Shown: positions 29,860-41,594 of the stretch, in pieces | How the letters are laid out: every line of letters begins with the position of its first letter | How positions within the stretch are numbered: the stretch's first letter is position 1 | Made by a program: the position numbers and the translations under genes | The notes under the pieces: model-generated | Database searches by the model: none | What the model was told of the DNA's origin: nothing | What the model saw: the letters and a program-made list of their open reading frames with translations, nothing else | DNA from: an uncultured Spirochaetota bacterium | GTDB taxonomy: Bacteria; Spirochaetota; Spirochaetia; SZUA-6; Fen-1364 | Length of the DNA: 64,000 bases | Direction of reading: 5' to 3' | Assembly: GCA_963781885.1 (NCBI GenBank) | Contig: CAWAHW010000006.1 | Location: 128,001 to 192,000, forward strand

Positions 29860-31448
29860 GCAACTTGAAGCGACCCTAATAGAAGTTGAACGAGAGAAAG
29901 TTAGGACAGACCTCTACTACCTCTGCCAAGAATACCTTGGCTACGAGGACCTAAACCCTACCCTCCACCGAGAAGTCACCGACAAGCTAAAGTCTCTCGG
30001 CACGCCACAGACTTCGCTCAAGAAGACATTCCGGTCACGCAAGAAGGCCCAAGAAAACGTCACGGAAGCGCTATTGATGCTTCCTCGTACGCATCTCAAG
30101 TCTGCCATCGCCACAATTGCTTGGCCCATCCAACAGATCCCTCATCAACCCCAACATCACGATCTCCATCACCAACGCCACCTACAACAACGCCGCCATC
30201 TTCCTGAAAGAGATCGCCGAACACCTACAGAACCCACGGCTGGTGGCGCTCTTTCCTGAGATCCTTGAGCCGACAGGAGACGACTACCGCAGAATCGGCC
30301 TCTCGTGGAAGGAAAACACTCTCAACGTCAAGCGAACCAAGATCGTCCGCGGAGAGACCATAGAGGTCTTTGGCATCGACAAGGGCATCACATCCCGTCA
30401 CTTTGACATAATGATCTTCGATGACATTCAGGATGACATCAACTCGGCCACCGCCGAGAGCATCCAGAAAGTCATTTTCAGATACCGAAACTGCGCTTCA
30501 ATCCTCAACCCCGGCGGCATCCGGGTCATCATCGGAACCAGGTGGAAAAAAGGCGACTTCTATGACTGGCTGATGGATCAGGGATACAAGCCCCTCATCA
30601 AGTCGGCCACCGTCAACTTACTGGGCATCCCTTGCTCGATAATGGACCCTGATGCACGGCCGATCTTTCCTGAGATGTTTGCGATCGAGCATCTACGCAA
30701 ACTCCGAAGCGAGCAAGGAGCCTACTTCTATTCCTGCCAATACGAGAACAACCCCCTACCTGATGAGGAAGTCACTTTCAAGAGTGAATGGATCAAGGAC
30801 TACAAGCCTGGAGAAGAACCAGATTTCAAACGCATCTATCTGCTGCTCGACCCTGCGCTCTCAAAGACGAGAACCTCTGACGAGACGGTGCTCTCCATCA
30901 TCGGCCACCCCAAAGACGACAAACTGCCCCTTCACGTTCTGAACTCCAAAGGCATCGGCTACACCAAGACACGTGGAGACGTGAATGTCGTCATAGACGA
31001 GTTGTTTCGGCAGTTTGTCTTTTTCGCGGCTAAGTATGAAGTGACCGTGGGGATAGAAACCGCCGCGTTTCAGGGAGTCTTGAAGCAGTGGGTAGAAAAG
31101 GAGCAACGAGACCGCAAGATCCACTTCACCGTCACTGAATTGAAGACAGGAAACAGGCAGAAGGTAAGCCGCATTCAACGACTACAACCTCTTTTTGAGA
31201 ACGGAGGGATAGTTCTTCATCCGACCAACTGCGGAAGCCTCAAGACGCAACTCCTCGACTGGCCATCCTCCACTCACGACGACCATCCCGATGCTCTGGC
31301 CTATCTGCTCGATGTTTTACAGACATCAGCAGAGATCGAGGTAAGGAACTATATGAACGGAGAGATCGGCGGCGATCCAGATGAGTTGGAAAGTGTGCTT
31401 GGACGAATGGAACTCAGCGGAGCAGGAAAGGACTGGAGAAGTTTCTAA
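29804..31448 (+). CDS. terL: Terminase large subunit (extra C near 30140)
   Basis: LMLPRTHLKS Walker-A variant, SRHFDIMIFDD, IGTRW, CQYENNP, LDPA, HDDHPDALAY. Confidence 0.9.
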
Positions 31449-31498
31449 ACGCCGTCACTTTCACATTCAGCACCACAAAGATAAAGGAGAATACTTCG

Positions 31499-31735
31499 AT
31501 GTCAGACAATATAGGGCCACTTCAGCAGAAACTCATCTCTCTCAGCAAAAACGGGCAGAAGCCGTCCGCGTTAGATCAAGGGTATGCAGTCGCGGCTGAC
31601 AATTACACAAGAGGCGCTATCCAAGATGCATATGACGGGCTGCAGCAGCTCATCAAAGCCCAACCAGATGCGATGAACGACGACAGAGTGAAGTTGCTCT
31701 TGAGGCGATGTGAGATCGCACTGAACTTGAGGTAG
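31499..31735 (+). CDS. Hypothetical phage protein
   Basis: AAGGAG RBS; lies between terL and portal. Confidence 0.55.
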   Translation: MSDNIGPLQQKLISLSKNGQKPSALDQGYAVAADNYTRGAIQDAYDGLQQLIKAQPDAMNDDRVKLLLRRCEIALNLR

Positions 31736-31739
31736 ACCC

Positions 31740-32036
31740 GTGCTCTACGACTTTGAATGCCCTCACTGCAAACACAAGTTTGATGACTTTCGCCCAATCG
31801 AAGAGCGGCATACCGCAACCTGCCCCAAGTGCGGAGAAGTCGCAAAGTTGGTGATGAACTTCAGCAAAGAGGCTGCTCACGCTCACACATTCAAGCCTTA
31901 TTGGGACAAACACATCGACAAGCAACCCGTCTACATCGAAAGCGCTCAACAGAAGCGTGACCTCCTGAAAAAGAATGGGCTTATTCAAACCGAATTCCAC
32001 GTTGACGGCGACGAAAAAACCGTTCGTTGGATCTAA
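31740..32036 (+). CDS. FmdB-like zinc-ribbon protein
   Basis: YDFECPHC...CPKCG. Confidence 0.75.
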   Translation: MLYDFECPHCKHKFDDFRPIEERHTATCPKCGEVAKLVMNFSKEAAHAHTFKPYWDKHIDKQPVYIESAQQKRDLLKKNGLIQTEFHVDGDEKTVRWI

Positions 32037-32045
32037 AAGGAGCCT

Positions 32046-34112
32046 ATGGGTCTCATTCAAAACGTCAAGCAAATGTTCACTGGCGGACAACCCGACAAGC
32101 CTGAAGACGAAAATGATCTAAAGAAAAGGCTGAACAACTATTACCGTGAAGCGAAGAAGGCGATGACGCCACGCCGCGACAAGTGGAAGGAAAACTACCG
32201 CTACTACACGAACACCATCATTCCCCGTGGTCGCCCGTCGCATAAGTCAAATACCCGTGTCAACTATTGCTGGCAGGTTGTCGAGATCAAGACGCCGGTA
32301 ATGACGCAGAGCAAACCAACCGTCAACTTCATCTCCTTTGAGGACACGGAAGACGGCAACCGGAAAGCGGATGTCCAAACCAAGCTGGTGGGAAATGCTC
32401 TCTGGAACAAGCTCAACGTGCAAGCCAGCAACGAGGAAGTCTGTAAGAACGGAATGATTTATGACGGCGGCTTGTGGAAAGTGGGATGGGACACCTCGGT
32501 TGATAACGGCATCGGTGAAGTCTTCGCCAACCCTCTCGATCCATTCAAGTTTCTTCCCGATCCTATGGCCAAAGACATTCAAGGCGCTCGATATGTGATC
32601 CACGTCGAGCCACGACCGCTTTCATATCTGAAGAAGAAATACCCACAGTTTGCAGATCAAATAAAAACAGACAGGGAGATCTCCGACATCCTTTATGAAG
32701 AAAGGGCTATTGGAGATAGAACCCCGTCCTCCGGCATCCTTACGGACAGCACCAAGTTCGATGTTGAAAGAGCATACGTCAAAGAGTTCTGGACGGATGC
32801 TTGTGAAGAAGACCAGACCATATTGGATGTTGTCGGTCAAGAAAGCCAGCAGCAGGAAACTCCTATGCTGGATGAAACGCGACAGCCAGTCCTGGATGAG
32901 GTCACGGGTGCACCAAAGACGACCATTCAAGTCGTACAAGCCGACGTTCACGCTCCCAAGTACAGGTTCGGACGTGTTGTCACGATGATTGGCGACGTGA
33001 TCGTTGATGATAAACCAAACCCATACAAGCACGGCAAGAAGCCTTTCGTGATGCAGAAGGTCAACCTTGTGCCAAATGAGTTTTGGGGCATTGGAGACCT
33101 TGAACAGATAAGACCCCTTCAAGACCAGCTCAACCACACCTGGCAGCTTATGGATGACATCGCCACGTCCACGGCAAACGTTGGATGGAGAATACATCCT
33201 GATGTCGGCAAGGAAGGCATCGAGAAAATCATCCGAGCACTCGGCATCCCTGGAAGCGCCAAGATAGTTGATCCAGCCAAGGTTGTTCCCGATGTCGTTC
33301 CACAGTTCCCACAGTACTTAGTGATAATGGCAAGAGACATTGTTTCTCAAATAGGCTCCGTCTCAGGCATCACCGAGATACTTCAAGGAAAGGACACAAA
33401 GCACAGGACGGCAAGAGGAACGGAACGCATCTTTGAAGCCGCGACAACCCGCATCGGAAGTTCCACCCGTTTGATGGAAAACGCCCTTGCGGAAGTGGCT
33501 TTGATGATGTCTTCCGTCGCCCAACAGTTCTATACCGAACCGCGACAGTTTGCCCTTATCGGCACCTCTGGCATTGCCACTGGCAGCCTAACCGTCAATA
33601 CGGATGACTTGGCTGGTGAATTCGACATTTCTATTGATAGCGGCGCCTCACTTCCAAAAGACAAACAGTCTAAAGCCGACTTGATGTTCAATTTGCTTCA
33701 AAACCACGTCTTCGATATGGCACTCGCCGATGATCCAGTCAAGAAACAGATCGCTAAGATAGTCTTGGATACCGTCGAGTTCCCTGGTCGTGAAGCGTTG
33801 TTGAACTTCAAGGCGCCACAAGCGCCCATTCCTCCTATATCATCTTCTAGTTCCGTTGGTGCTCCAGCAGAGCAACCTGGAGCACCGTCTTTGCCATCAG
33901 GCATTCCACCGACTGCGGGTGTTCCGCCTGAACTATTGGCGATGCTCAGACAAACTGGACAAGGTGGGCAAGTAGCGCCTCCTCCTCCACCGCCAACGGC
34001 AACGCTTCAAAACCTGCCGCCTCAGGCGATGCAAGCTATTCAAGATATGGCAAAGCAACTTGGTGCGACGAGTCCTCAACAGCTTCTACAGATGTTGGGG
34101 ATGATGAAATAA
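32046..34112 (+). CDS. Portal protein (P22/podovirus-like)
   Basis: 688 aa after terL; G.WKVGWD, DPFKFLPDP, FWGIGDLEQIRPLQDQLN, VSGITEILQG, EFDISI; Pro/Gln-rich tail. Confidence 0.85.
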   Translation: MGLIQNVKQMFTGGQPDKPEDENDLKKRLNNYYREAKKAMTPRRDKWKENYRYYTNTIIPRGRPSHKSNTRVNYCWQVVEIKTPVMTQSKPTVNFISFEDTEDGNRKADVQTKLVGNALWNKLNVQASNEEVCKNGMIYDGGLWKVGWDTSVDNGIGEVFANPLDPFKFLPDPMAKDIQGARYVIHVEPRPLSYLKKKYPQFADQIKTDREISDILYEERAIGDRTPSSGILTDSTKFDVERAYVKEFWTDACEEDQTILDVVGQESQQQETPMLDETRQPVLDEVTGAPKTTIQVVQADVHAPKYRFGRVVTMIGDVIVDDKPNPYKHGKKPFVMQKVNLVPNEFWGIGDLEQIRPLQDQLNHTWQLMDDIATSTANVGWRIHPDVGKEGIEKIIRALGIPGSAKIVDPAKVVPDVVPQFPQYLVIMARDIVSQIGSVSGITEILQGKDTKHRTARGTERIFEAATTRIGSSTRLMENALAEVALMMSSVAQQFYTEPRQFALIGTSGIATGSLTVNTDDLAGEFDISIDSGASLPKDKQSKADLMFNLLQNHVFDMALADDPVKKQIAKIVLDTVEFPGREALLNFKAPQAPIPPISSSSSVGAPAEQPGAPSLPSGIPPTAGVPPELLAMLRQTGQGGQVAPPPPPPTATLQNLPPQAMQAIQDMAKQLGATSPQQLLQMLGMMK

Positions 34113-34205
34113 GTCACATCCAACACATCTTCTGGACCAACTCGTAGAGCGTCCCTTCACCTATCTCAACTGACCAACGTCCATAAAACGTGTCTAGGAG
34201 TTTTT

Positions 34206-35043
34206 ATGTCTACAGAGTTTAGAAATGATGAGTATGGTTCTGAGGAAGACTTTCAGGCTTTGACTGGATCGGCCGATGCAGCACCTGGAAGCAACACCAC
34301 GACCGCACCATCAGATCCCCTGATCGACTTTGAGGGTCAGAAGGTCCCTCTCTCACAAGTCAAACAGTGGCAAACGGCCCATTCCAACCAGAGCAAATGG
34401 CAGGCCGAGAACACCAAAAAGGCTCAAGAGTTTGCCAAGCAAAAGAAAGACTGGGAGAGCAAGTATCCCGACTATGAGAAGAAGGCAACTGAATGGCAGA
34501 AGTTGAACGACTTCTTGTCCAAAAACCCTCAAGCTCGTTCTGAAGTAGAACAAGCCATCAAGAAATACGCCGCCGCCTCAGCCTCACAAGGCCCTCAACC
34601 TGCTGGAAGAGATCCTGCCTTTGAGCAACTGAACAGAGAATTGGCGGATATGAAGACTTGGAGAACTTCACTTGAACAGAGACAACAGCAAGAACAGCTT
34701 GCCAAAGAAACCGAGGCTGCGTATGCGGACCTCGCTAAAAATGACCCCAACTTCAACCGTGAGGAGTTCGACAAGTTTCTGAATGAAGCGTCTCTCAAGG
34801 CTGAAAACACGACTGGGCTCTATTCCCTCATCCACCAAGCGTGGAGAGCTCAGTCAGCGCCAGCCCTCAAGAAAGCCGCAGAGAAAGAAACCCTGGACAA
34901 GATCAAGAAGAAGCAGATAGCCGCCGGAGACCGGCAAAGGAAACTCTGCCGCAACCCTTCCTGACAACAAGGAACTCAAAGGCAATTGGAACGACATCTT
35001 CTCACAGGAAATGGAGAAACGGGGCGTCTTCAAGGATGAATAA
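34206..35043 (+). CDS. Capsid scaffolding protein (apparent frameshift near 34926)
   Basis: Acidic, coiled-coil protein between portal and capsid; shifted frame ends just before the capsid ATG. Confidence 0.7.
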
Positions 35044-35046
35044 TAA

Positions 35047-36000
35047 ATGTCTATCTCCATCAATGATCTCAATACCTTCTGCCGCGATGTAGTTCTGCCC
35101 AAATTGGTAGATAACATCCACAGAATTGGACCGACCATTTTCACGCTGCTCGACAGTCCCGCGAAGTTCACGGGATCGACGTTTAGCGTGCCCATCACAT
35201 ATGCCAAGAACACCAACGCTCAGTTCTACGCTGCAAACGCCACCCTGAACGTTGCCACCATTGAACAGGACACCAAAGTCCAATACTCGCCAGTGAGGTC
35301 AAACACCGCTCTCACTCTTGAAGGACTGGATATGGCCCTCAACCAGGGCGACGGAAAAGTCCTCGATATGGTGAAAGAGAGAGTAAAGATCGCCGAAACA
35401 TCTCTCAAAGACTTGTTTGCGACGAGTCTCTTCAACACGACCCAGTCCAATGCTTTCAACGGACTGCATACCATCGCCGCTGCTGGTGGAACCTTGGGCG
35501 GTGTCGCTCAGTCAGATGTGGCTACGTGGCAAGGTTCTTCTGGACTGAACGGATGCGGCGGTGGGCCTGACAGCTCAACGACCGCCCTTACTCAAACCGC
35601 ACTCGATCTTCATTACGAAAGTGCAATGATCGGCAACGAGCAACCAGACTACGGCGTGACTACATTCGCCATCTGGTCAGGCATCGTCGCCAAGTACCTC
35701 GAAGCCTATATGCGCTATCAGAACTCCGATACCAAGATGGCCAACCTCGGCTTCCAGGGCATCAAGTACCGCAACGCTGACTTCTATGCCGATGCAAACT
35801 GCGCCTCTGGATCACTCTGGTTCTGGATCAAGGCACACACCTACTTCGCGGTCGTCCCTGGTTACAACTTCAAGTTCATCGACTTTGTATACCAGCCAAA
35901 CAAGGACCAACAGACCGCAATGATCCGCTGGTACGGACAGCTCATCGAAGAGGAGAGAAGGTCTCTTGCCTGGATGTCCGCACTTACTTCCGTCACATAA
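35047..36000 (+). CDS. Major capsid protein
   Basis: 317 aa after the scaffold; LVDNI, FNGL, ANLGFQGIKYRNA; followed by a terminator. Confidence 0.85.
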   Translation: MSISINDLNTFCRDVVLPKLVDNIHRIGPTIFTLLDSPAKFTGSTFSVPITYAKNTNAQFYAANATLNVATIEQDTKVQYSPVRSNTALTLEGLDMALNQGDGKVLDMVKERVKIAETSLKDLFATSLFNTTQSNAFNGLHTIAAAGGTLGGVAQSDVATWQGSSGLNGCGGGPDSSTTALTQTALDLHYESAMIGNEQPDYGVTTFAIWSGIVAKYLEAYMRYQNSDTKMANLGFQGIKYRNADFYADANCASGSLWFWIKAHTYFAVVPGYNFKFIDFVYQPNKDQQTAMIRWYGQLIEEERRSLAWMSALTSVT

Positions 36001-36012
36001 CACGTTTCTTTC

Positions 36013-36037
36013 GGGCGGGTCGAAAGGCCCGCCCTTT
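36013..36037 (+). terminator. Hairpin terminator after the capsid gene
   Basis: GGGCGGGTC-GAAA-GGCCCGCCC followed by TTT. Confidence 0.65.
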
Positions 36038-36053
36038 CCAAAGGAAAATGTAA

Positions 36054-36704
36054 ATGACCTTCGTAGAGATTCAGAATGCCGTCTATCGACTTGCCAGAGA
36101 CCCAAACAAGACAAAGTTTGATCTACAGACCGTCAAGAACAGGATAAACGAAGGCGAGCAACGATACTGCGTTCTAACCAAGTACAGCGAGAAAGCGGAC
36201 ACATCCTACAACACCGTCATTGGTCAGCAAGAATACACCCTGCCCTCAGACTACGGTGACATAGAAAGCGTCTACTATGCCGGCAACAAGCTCGCCCAGG
36301 TTGAAATAGAAAACACCATCTATCCAACTGCCAACAACGGCACTCCCGCCTGCTACTATGTTAGGAACACATTCTTCGGACTCGACCCCATCCCTACCGC
36401 CGTTGGCCCGCTGGTCATCATCTATCACACCATAGGTGGGCAGATGGTAAACGATGGGGACACTCCCATCATTCCAAAAGAAGATCACTACCTGCTCGTC
36501 AACTACGCCGCTTTTCTTTGCGCTTTGGAAGCCGACGACAGCAGAAACACGGCATTCTTCCAAGTTTTTCAGAATGGAATCGAACAAGCAAAGACGACTA
36601 CCGTTGATAAGACTTTTGAAAAGTTTCCAGTCGTAGGCGAGCCCGTTTCGACCTTCTACAACCCAAATAGAGACAACGAGGGGATACCACCGTGGCGCTC
36701 GTAA
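36054..36704 (+). CDS. Head-tail adaptor protein
   Basis: MTFVEIQNAV...INEG, GQQEYTLPSD, GTPACYY, P.IP...H.LLV.YA pattern; position after capsid. Confidence 0.75.
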   Translation: MTFVEIQNAVYRLARDPNKTKFDLQTVKNRINEGEQRYCVLTKYSEKADTSYNTVIGQQEYTLPSDYGDIESVYYAGNKLAQVEIENTIYPTANNGTPACYYVRNTFFGLDPIPTAVGPLVIIYHTIGGQMVNDGDTPIIPKEDHYLLVNYAAFLCALEADDSRNTAFFQVFQNGIEQAKTTTVDKTFEKFPVVGEPVSTFYNPNRDNEGIPPWRS

Positions 36705-38248
36705 ACGGTCAGCCTCCTCTGAACCAATACGACTTCTCTGGCGGCATAAACATTTCAGAGCCGGGCCACCTCATCGCCGACAACGAATGCTACGCCAACA
36801 TTCCGACTTATGACGGCACAAGAAACTGTTATTGGAATGTCGGAATACGCAAACGAGCTGGAACACTCAAGGTCAACGCTACTCCGCTCACAGGAAAGAT
36901 AGTCAACGGCATCCGCTTCTACAGGAGTGTCACACCGACCGCAACGACGATTGTTGCCTCCACCTATCCATCAGAAACCAAGCTTTTCTATCTGGACGGC
37001 ACTCCAGCATTTCAGGAAATACCCGCCGGTGGTGGCACGACCATTGCCACGGGAGCAGACATCTATTTCGCCAAGTGGAAAGACAGCCTCTATGTCGGCA
37101 CGGGATCAACGGGCAATACGGCCATTCAGAAGATCACCTACTCCGCTGGATGGGTTCGTGCCAACTTAGCCGTCAGCACCTACCACCCTCAGTTTGTTTG
37201 CTTTCACAGAGACAGGTTGTGGGCGGCAGGTGGTGATATGCCACAAGGTCAACTCTGGTGCTCATCCTATGACAATGACAGCGAATGGGGCGGCACTGGA
37301 ACTTCGGCCGTTTTCAATGTTGGCCTCCAAGATGGTGATCCCATCATCGCCCTGCTTTCTCTTGGCAACGACCTCATCATCTACAAAAACAACTCTATTT
37401 GGGCGCTTGTCGGTGACAACCTACAGAACTGGTTCCAGCAAAAACGAGAAGGTTCTGTTGGTTGCGTCGCTTCAAAAACGGCGGTAGATGTCATTGGGTT
37501 GGGGCATCTCTTTCTCAGCGCCGATAACGTTTTCTTCTATGACGGCACAACTCTCGTTCCTGTCGGCAACAACATAAAGCCTTGGTTGGACGCCATTCCA
37601 ATAACCATCAGAAAACATTGCTCCGCCGTTTACTACAACAACTACTATCGCCTTTCTTTTCCGTCTTCGGATATGACATCTATGAATAACCACGAGCTTC
37701 TTCTCGATCTCAAATACTTGAAGAGTGGAAAGATAAGCTGGTGGCTATACGACAACAGAAACATAGCGACGTACATACCCTACACGGGACCACAAGACAC
37801 AAACATTCTTGCGATGTGCGATGACAATCTCGGTCATATCCGACAGCTCGACATAGGTACTCAGGACGACGCCACCGACTTCACGCTGGAATGGCACGCA
37901 AAGTACTTCGTTTTCGATAACCCGAACGTTGAAAAGAACTACGACAGACTGAAGATCGACAGTTCTCAAGGAATAAGCACTTTCAACCTTCAAGTTATCA
38001 AAAACCTGAGTGATGAGTGGATCTTGCCCCTTACGATCAACACTCTTGGCGGCGGGGCTACCTTTGGGACTGCCACTCTTGGGACTACATATTGGACCAG
38101 CCAGTCAAACACCCGAATGACCACAGAAGTAGCCCTGCCAGCGGAGTTTGATGGTTTTGCAATCAGCTACAAGATCGCCCACAACACATCTGCCATAAAC
38201 GTTGTTTTCTATGGCTTCACGATCAACTGGAAATATAAGAGGTTCTAA
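36692..38248 (+). CDS. Tail nozzle / stabilisation protein (P22 gp10-like beta-propeller)
   Basis: DFSGGIN start, HRDRLW, GD.I.AL, VGCVA motifs; position. Confidence 0.7.
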   Translation: MALVNGQPPLNQYDFSGGINISEPGHLIADNECYANIPTYDGTRNCYWNVGIRKRAGTLKVNATPLTGKIVNGIRFYRSVTPTATTIVASTYPSETKLFYLDGTPAFQEIPAGGGTTIATGADIYFAKWKDSLYVGTGSTGNTAIQKITYSAGWVRANLAVSTYHPQFVCFHRDRLWAAGGDMPQGQLWCSSYDNDSEWGGTGTSAVFNVGLQDGDPIIALLSLGNDLIIYKNNSIWALVGDNLQNWFQQKREGSVGCVASKTAVDVIGLGHLFLSADNVFFYDGTTLVPVGNNIKPWLDAIPITIRKHCSAVYYNNYYRLSFPSSDMTSMNNHELLLDLKYLKSGKISWWLYDNRNIATYIPYTGPQDTNILAMCDDNLGHIRQLDIGTQDDATDFTLEWHAKYFVFDNPNVEKNYDRLKIDSSQGISTFNLQVIKNLSDEWILPLTINTLGGGATFGTATLGTTYWTSQSNTRMTTEVALPAEFDGFAISYKIAHNTSAINVVFYGFTINWKYKRF

Positions 38249-39142
38249 TGGGTCTATTGTCCTATCCGACAGCGATCACGAACGGCTCAAAAAGCACTCA
38301 TACGGAATTGAACTCCGACTTCACAGCCGTTTCGTCTTTGGTCAACGGCAATTTAGATGGCGCCAACTTCTCTCTCAACGCTCAGATAACGACTACAACC
38401 GTGGCCTGCACCTCGTTGCTCTCTAACTGGGTCACAAGTGCCAACAATGTCGTCTTTACCCTTCCCAACACTGACGGCAGCAGCGCCGTTTCCTTCACAA
38501 ATGCCTTGGATCAAGAAGTCTTGCGGGTCTCAAGCGATGGCAGGGTCACGTTTTATGGCGGTGTTGATAAGGCTTTGGCTCCAGGAACGATCCTGATGTA
38601 CAACGGGTCGGCCATACCGAATGCGGACACAAGATCGAGCGAATGCTCTGAAGTGGGAATGTACGGATGGTATGTCTGCAACGGTCAAGCATCCACTCCC
38701 GACCTCCGCAACAGGTTTCTGCTTGGTGCCACAACCTCTGGAACAACCGGCGGCAGTGATGATGCTCAGGTCCCTCAGCACACCCACACGGTCAACTCGG
38801 CAACAGGCATTTCGGGAGTTGAGAGTGTCAAGCACGTTCATACCGTAACCTTAAGGACCGACAGCACCCAACCTAACCACTACCACAATTGGTACGTAGC
38901 AACGACCGGGACGAGCTACAGCAACTATCAAAGCAGGCCAACAAGTTCGGCACAGAATGGCAGCGACTACACGACCAGCAGCGGAGATGGTGCTCACACC
39001 CAGTACCATATCTGGAACCACAGGCACCGACAGCGCTTCACACACCCATACCGTAACGGTCAACAACTACAGTTCAGGAAGCGATGTTGGCAAGAACATC
39101 CCTCCATACTACGGACTTATTTATTTGATAAGGATGGCATAA
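38248..39142 (+). CDS. Tail fibre paralogue A (frameshift near 39002)
   Basis: PGTILMY, GWYVCNG, TPDLRNRF, HxH repeats, NIPPYYGLIYLIR. Confidence 0.75.
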
Positions 39143-39965
39143 TGGCGACGCTTACCTACCCATTCACAATAACTGATACACAATGGTTCTGACGCGAATG
39201 TCGTTATGACAAACTTTAATGCTGCCAAGAACCAGTTGAATGGCGGCATCGATGAACAGAACTACAAGTCAACATCCACCCTCACGCTCACTTCTTTGCA
39301 GGCTTCCTCCAAAGTGATCGTTCCTTCCATCACGCCATCCGCCAACCTTGTCATAAAGCTCACGTCAGGCAAAAACTTCAAGGTTCATTATGGAACCAAT
39401 GATGTTTTTATTCTTGGCGACGACGGCGATGTCACCACTGGCGGCTTCATCTCTATGCCAGTTGGCACCATTGTGCCTTTTACCGGCTCTTGGACCAATA
39501 ACGTGACTATCGTCGGATGGTATAAGTGTGATGGGAACAACGGGACGCCTAACCTGGTTGACAGGTTCATCAGGATGGGAACCGCCAGTGGAGCAACGGG
39601 TGGCACCAACGACGCCGTTGTCGTTCAGCATACTCACACGACAACCGTGGACAACAATTCTGTCACCCATACCCACTCGATGTCGGGCACGACCGTATCC
39701 TCCAATTACGGCTACCACACACACACTATCTACAGTTATGGACCAACCAACTATTTTATGAACTGGCACTATGCAAGTAGTCCATACAACATTTATTTCG
39801 GTTCACCCCCAGCCAGTGACGCTCACACTCACCCGCTCACGAGCGCAACCTGGGGACAAGATAGCGTTGATCACACGCATACAGTTTCTTTGACAAACGC
39901 TGGAGCCGCTACCGGGACCAATATGCCGGCCTACTACAAGGTGATCTACATAATGAGGATCATAA
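39142..39965 (+). CDS. Tail fibre paralogue B (frameshifts near 39181 and 39962)
   Basis: PVGTIVPF, GWYKCDG, TPNLVDRF, HxH repeats, NMPAYYKVIYIMR. Confidence 0.75.
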
Positions 39966-40849
39966 ATGTCCACGCTAACTCTGACAAACTCCTTCACAAA
40001 TGGCCAAACGGGGACCCTCGGAACAAAGATACAACAGAACTTTGCCGACATTGCCGCTGTTTTCAACGGCAACATAGAAGACAGCAACATTTCCGATACC
40101 GCCCAGCTTTCCATCAATTCACTCACGGCGAATGTTGTTTCTGCCGCGAATATGCGTGATCCAACTTCTCAGAATGACGTGACCGTGGAGGTCCTCAATA
40201 CAAAGGTCTTCAACATCGAAAACTCTACGCATACTTCTCTTTTTCAGGTCGATCAAACTGGCGTGCTCACCATCCGAATCGGAAAGACCAGTCTCTATCC
40301 CGTTGGCGTGATCATCTTCTACTCGGGCACTTGGACGGACAACTGAACCATTCCTGGTTGGTTCAAATGCGACGGAACGAATGGAACGCCCAATTTGACA
40401 AACCTCTTTATCAGAGGCAGTTCAAGCGCAGGCACGACCGGCGGCACTGCCGACCTCACGATGGGAACGCATACCCACGCCACAACGGTCGGCAACAACT
40501 CAGCGGGTCATTCACACACTTTCTCAGGCACCACGGTAAGCGAAGCTCTTGTGCACACTCACCCTATCCATACCCACTACACGCAGGGTACGGACGCATC
40601 GGGTCACCAGTTGATGTATGTTTCTTCAGGACAGACTTCAGGGACCACTCAATCCGACACCAGTGTCGAAATGGTTGGTGACGGCGGAGAAAATGCTCCT
40701 CACACGCATACCTTCTCCAGTACTTGGCGTAACACATCCGAGTCACAACCATACAGTCATCATCGATAATGCCGGTGCCGGAGAAAACCGGGGTCGGACA
40801 AAACATTCCCGCATTTTACACTCTCGATTCCTTGTCGAGAGTTTTCTAA
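39966..40849 (+). CDS. Tail fibre paralogue C (in-frame TGA at 40344-40346, several 3' indels)
   Basis: PVGVIIFY, GWFKCDG, TPNLTNLF, HxH repeats, NIPAFYTL. Confidence 0.7.
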
Positions 40850-40860
40850 GGAGAATTGAA

Positions 40861-41581
40861 ATGGGCTACTACGACAACCTGACAAACAAAACCTGGCAGG
40901 GTACGGACCCAACAGCGACCAACAGATACAAGAGAACCACCAAGACCTATGATCCCAATACCGATATGACGGGACAGACCGACTATGATAGCGCCCAAAA
41001 GAGCGCCGTCGATAAATTGAACGAGATCATAGCAAACGGCGGATATAGTGATACAGATAAACAGAAGATGATCGCGGGCGCTATGGCCCCCATCTACCAA
41101 CAGTCAGACCAGCAACGTACCGCCACTCAAGAAGATGACTACGCCCGCGGCCTTGGGAATAGCACCGTTCTAAACAATTACTACGGCAAGATCGACCAGA
41201 ATGTAATGAGCCAACTCGCCAACATCACGGGACAAGTGACCAAGGAAGGTGCTGATATGGTCCCGCAGGCGATCCAACTCACCCAAAGCGGTGCTGGTCA
41301 ACAACTGGACTTCCAGAAAGCCAAAGCTCAGCTTATGGCCGACACCAATATGAATGAGGCTCAGATCGAGCAAGCATATGCCGCCATCAATTCAGCAGCC
41401 GACAAGAGTGATGCTGACAGGCAAGTCACACTTGAAAACATCAAGAACCAATACAACCTTTCAGATGAGCAATTGAAATTGATGGAAGATCAAGCCAAAC
41501 AGTCCGCCGATAGTGACCTGACTTCAAACCTACTGGGTTCTGGAGCTTCCATACTCGGCAAGATCCCTCGCTCTGCTCTAA
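40861..41581 (+). CDS. Putative DNA ejection / internal virion protein 1
   Basis: AAGGAG RBS, Gln/Ala-rich helical protein with ARGLGNST; ends in a glycine-rich amphipathic tail after a shift near 41565. Confidence 0.6.
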
Positions 41582-41594
41582 AAGGAGAACTATT

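Noticed and set aside
40344-40346. In-frame TGA in fibre C as stop-codon recoding or selenocysteine
   Set aside because: Single case in an indel-rich stretch. It aligns with Val in paralogue B, and other phage genes use TGA as a normal stop.
38248-40849. Diversity-generating retroelement or shufflon acting on the fibres
   Set aside because: No reverse transcriptase, no near-identical TR/VR pair with adenine-specific differences, no invertase or inverted cassettes.
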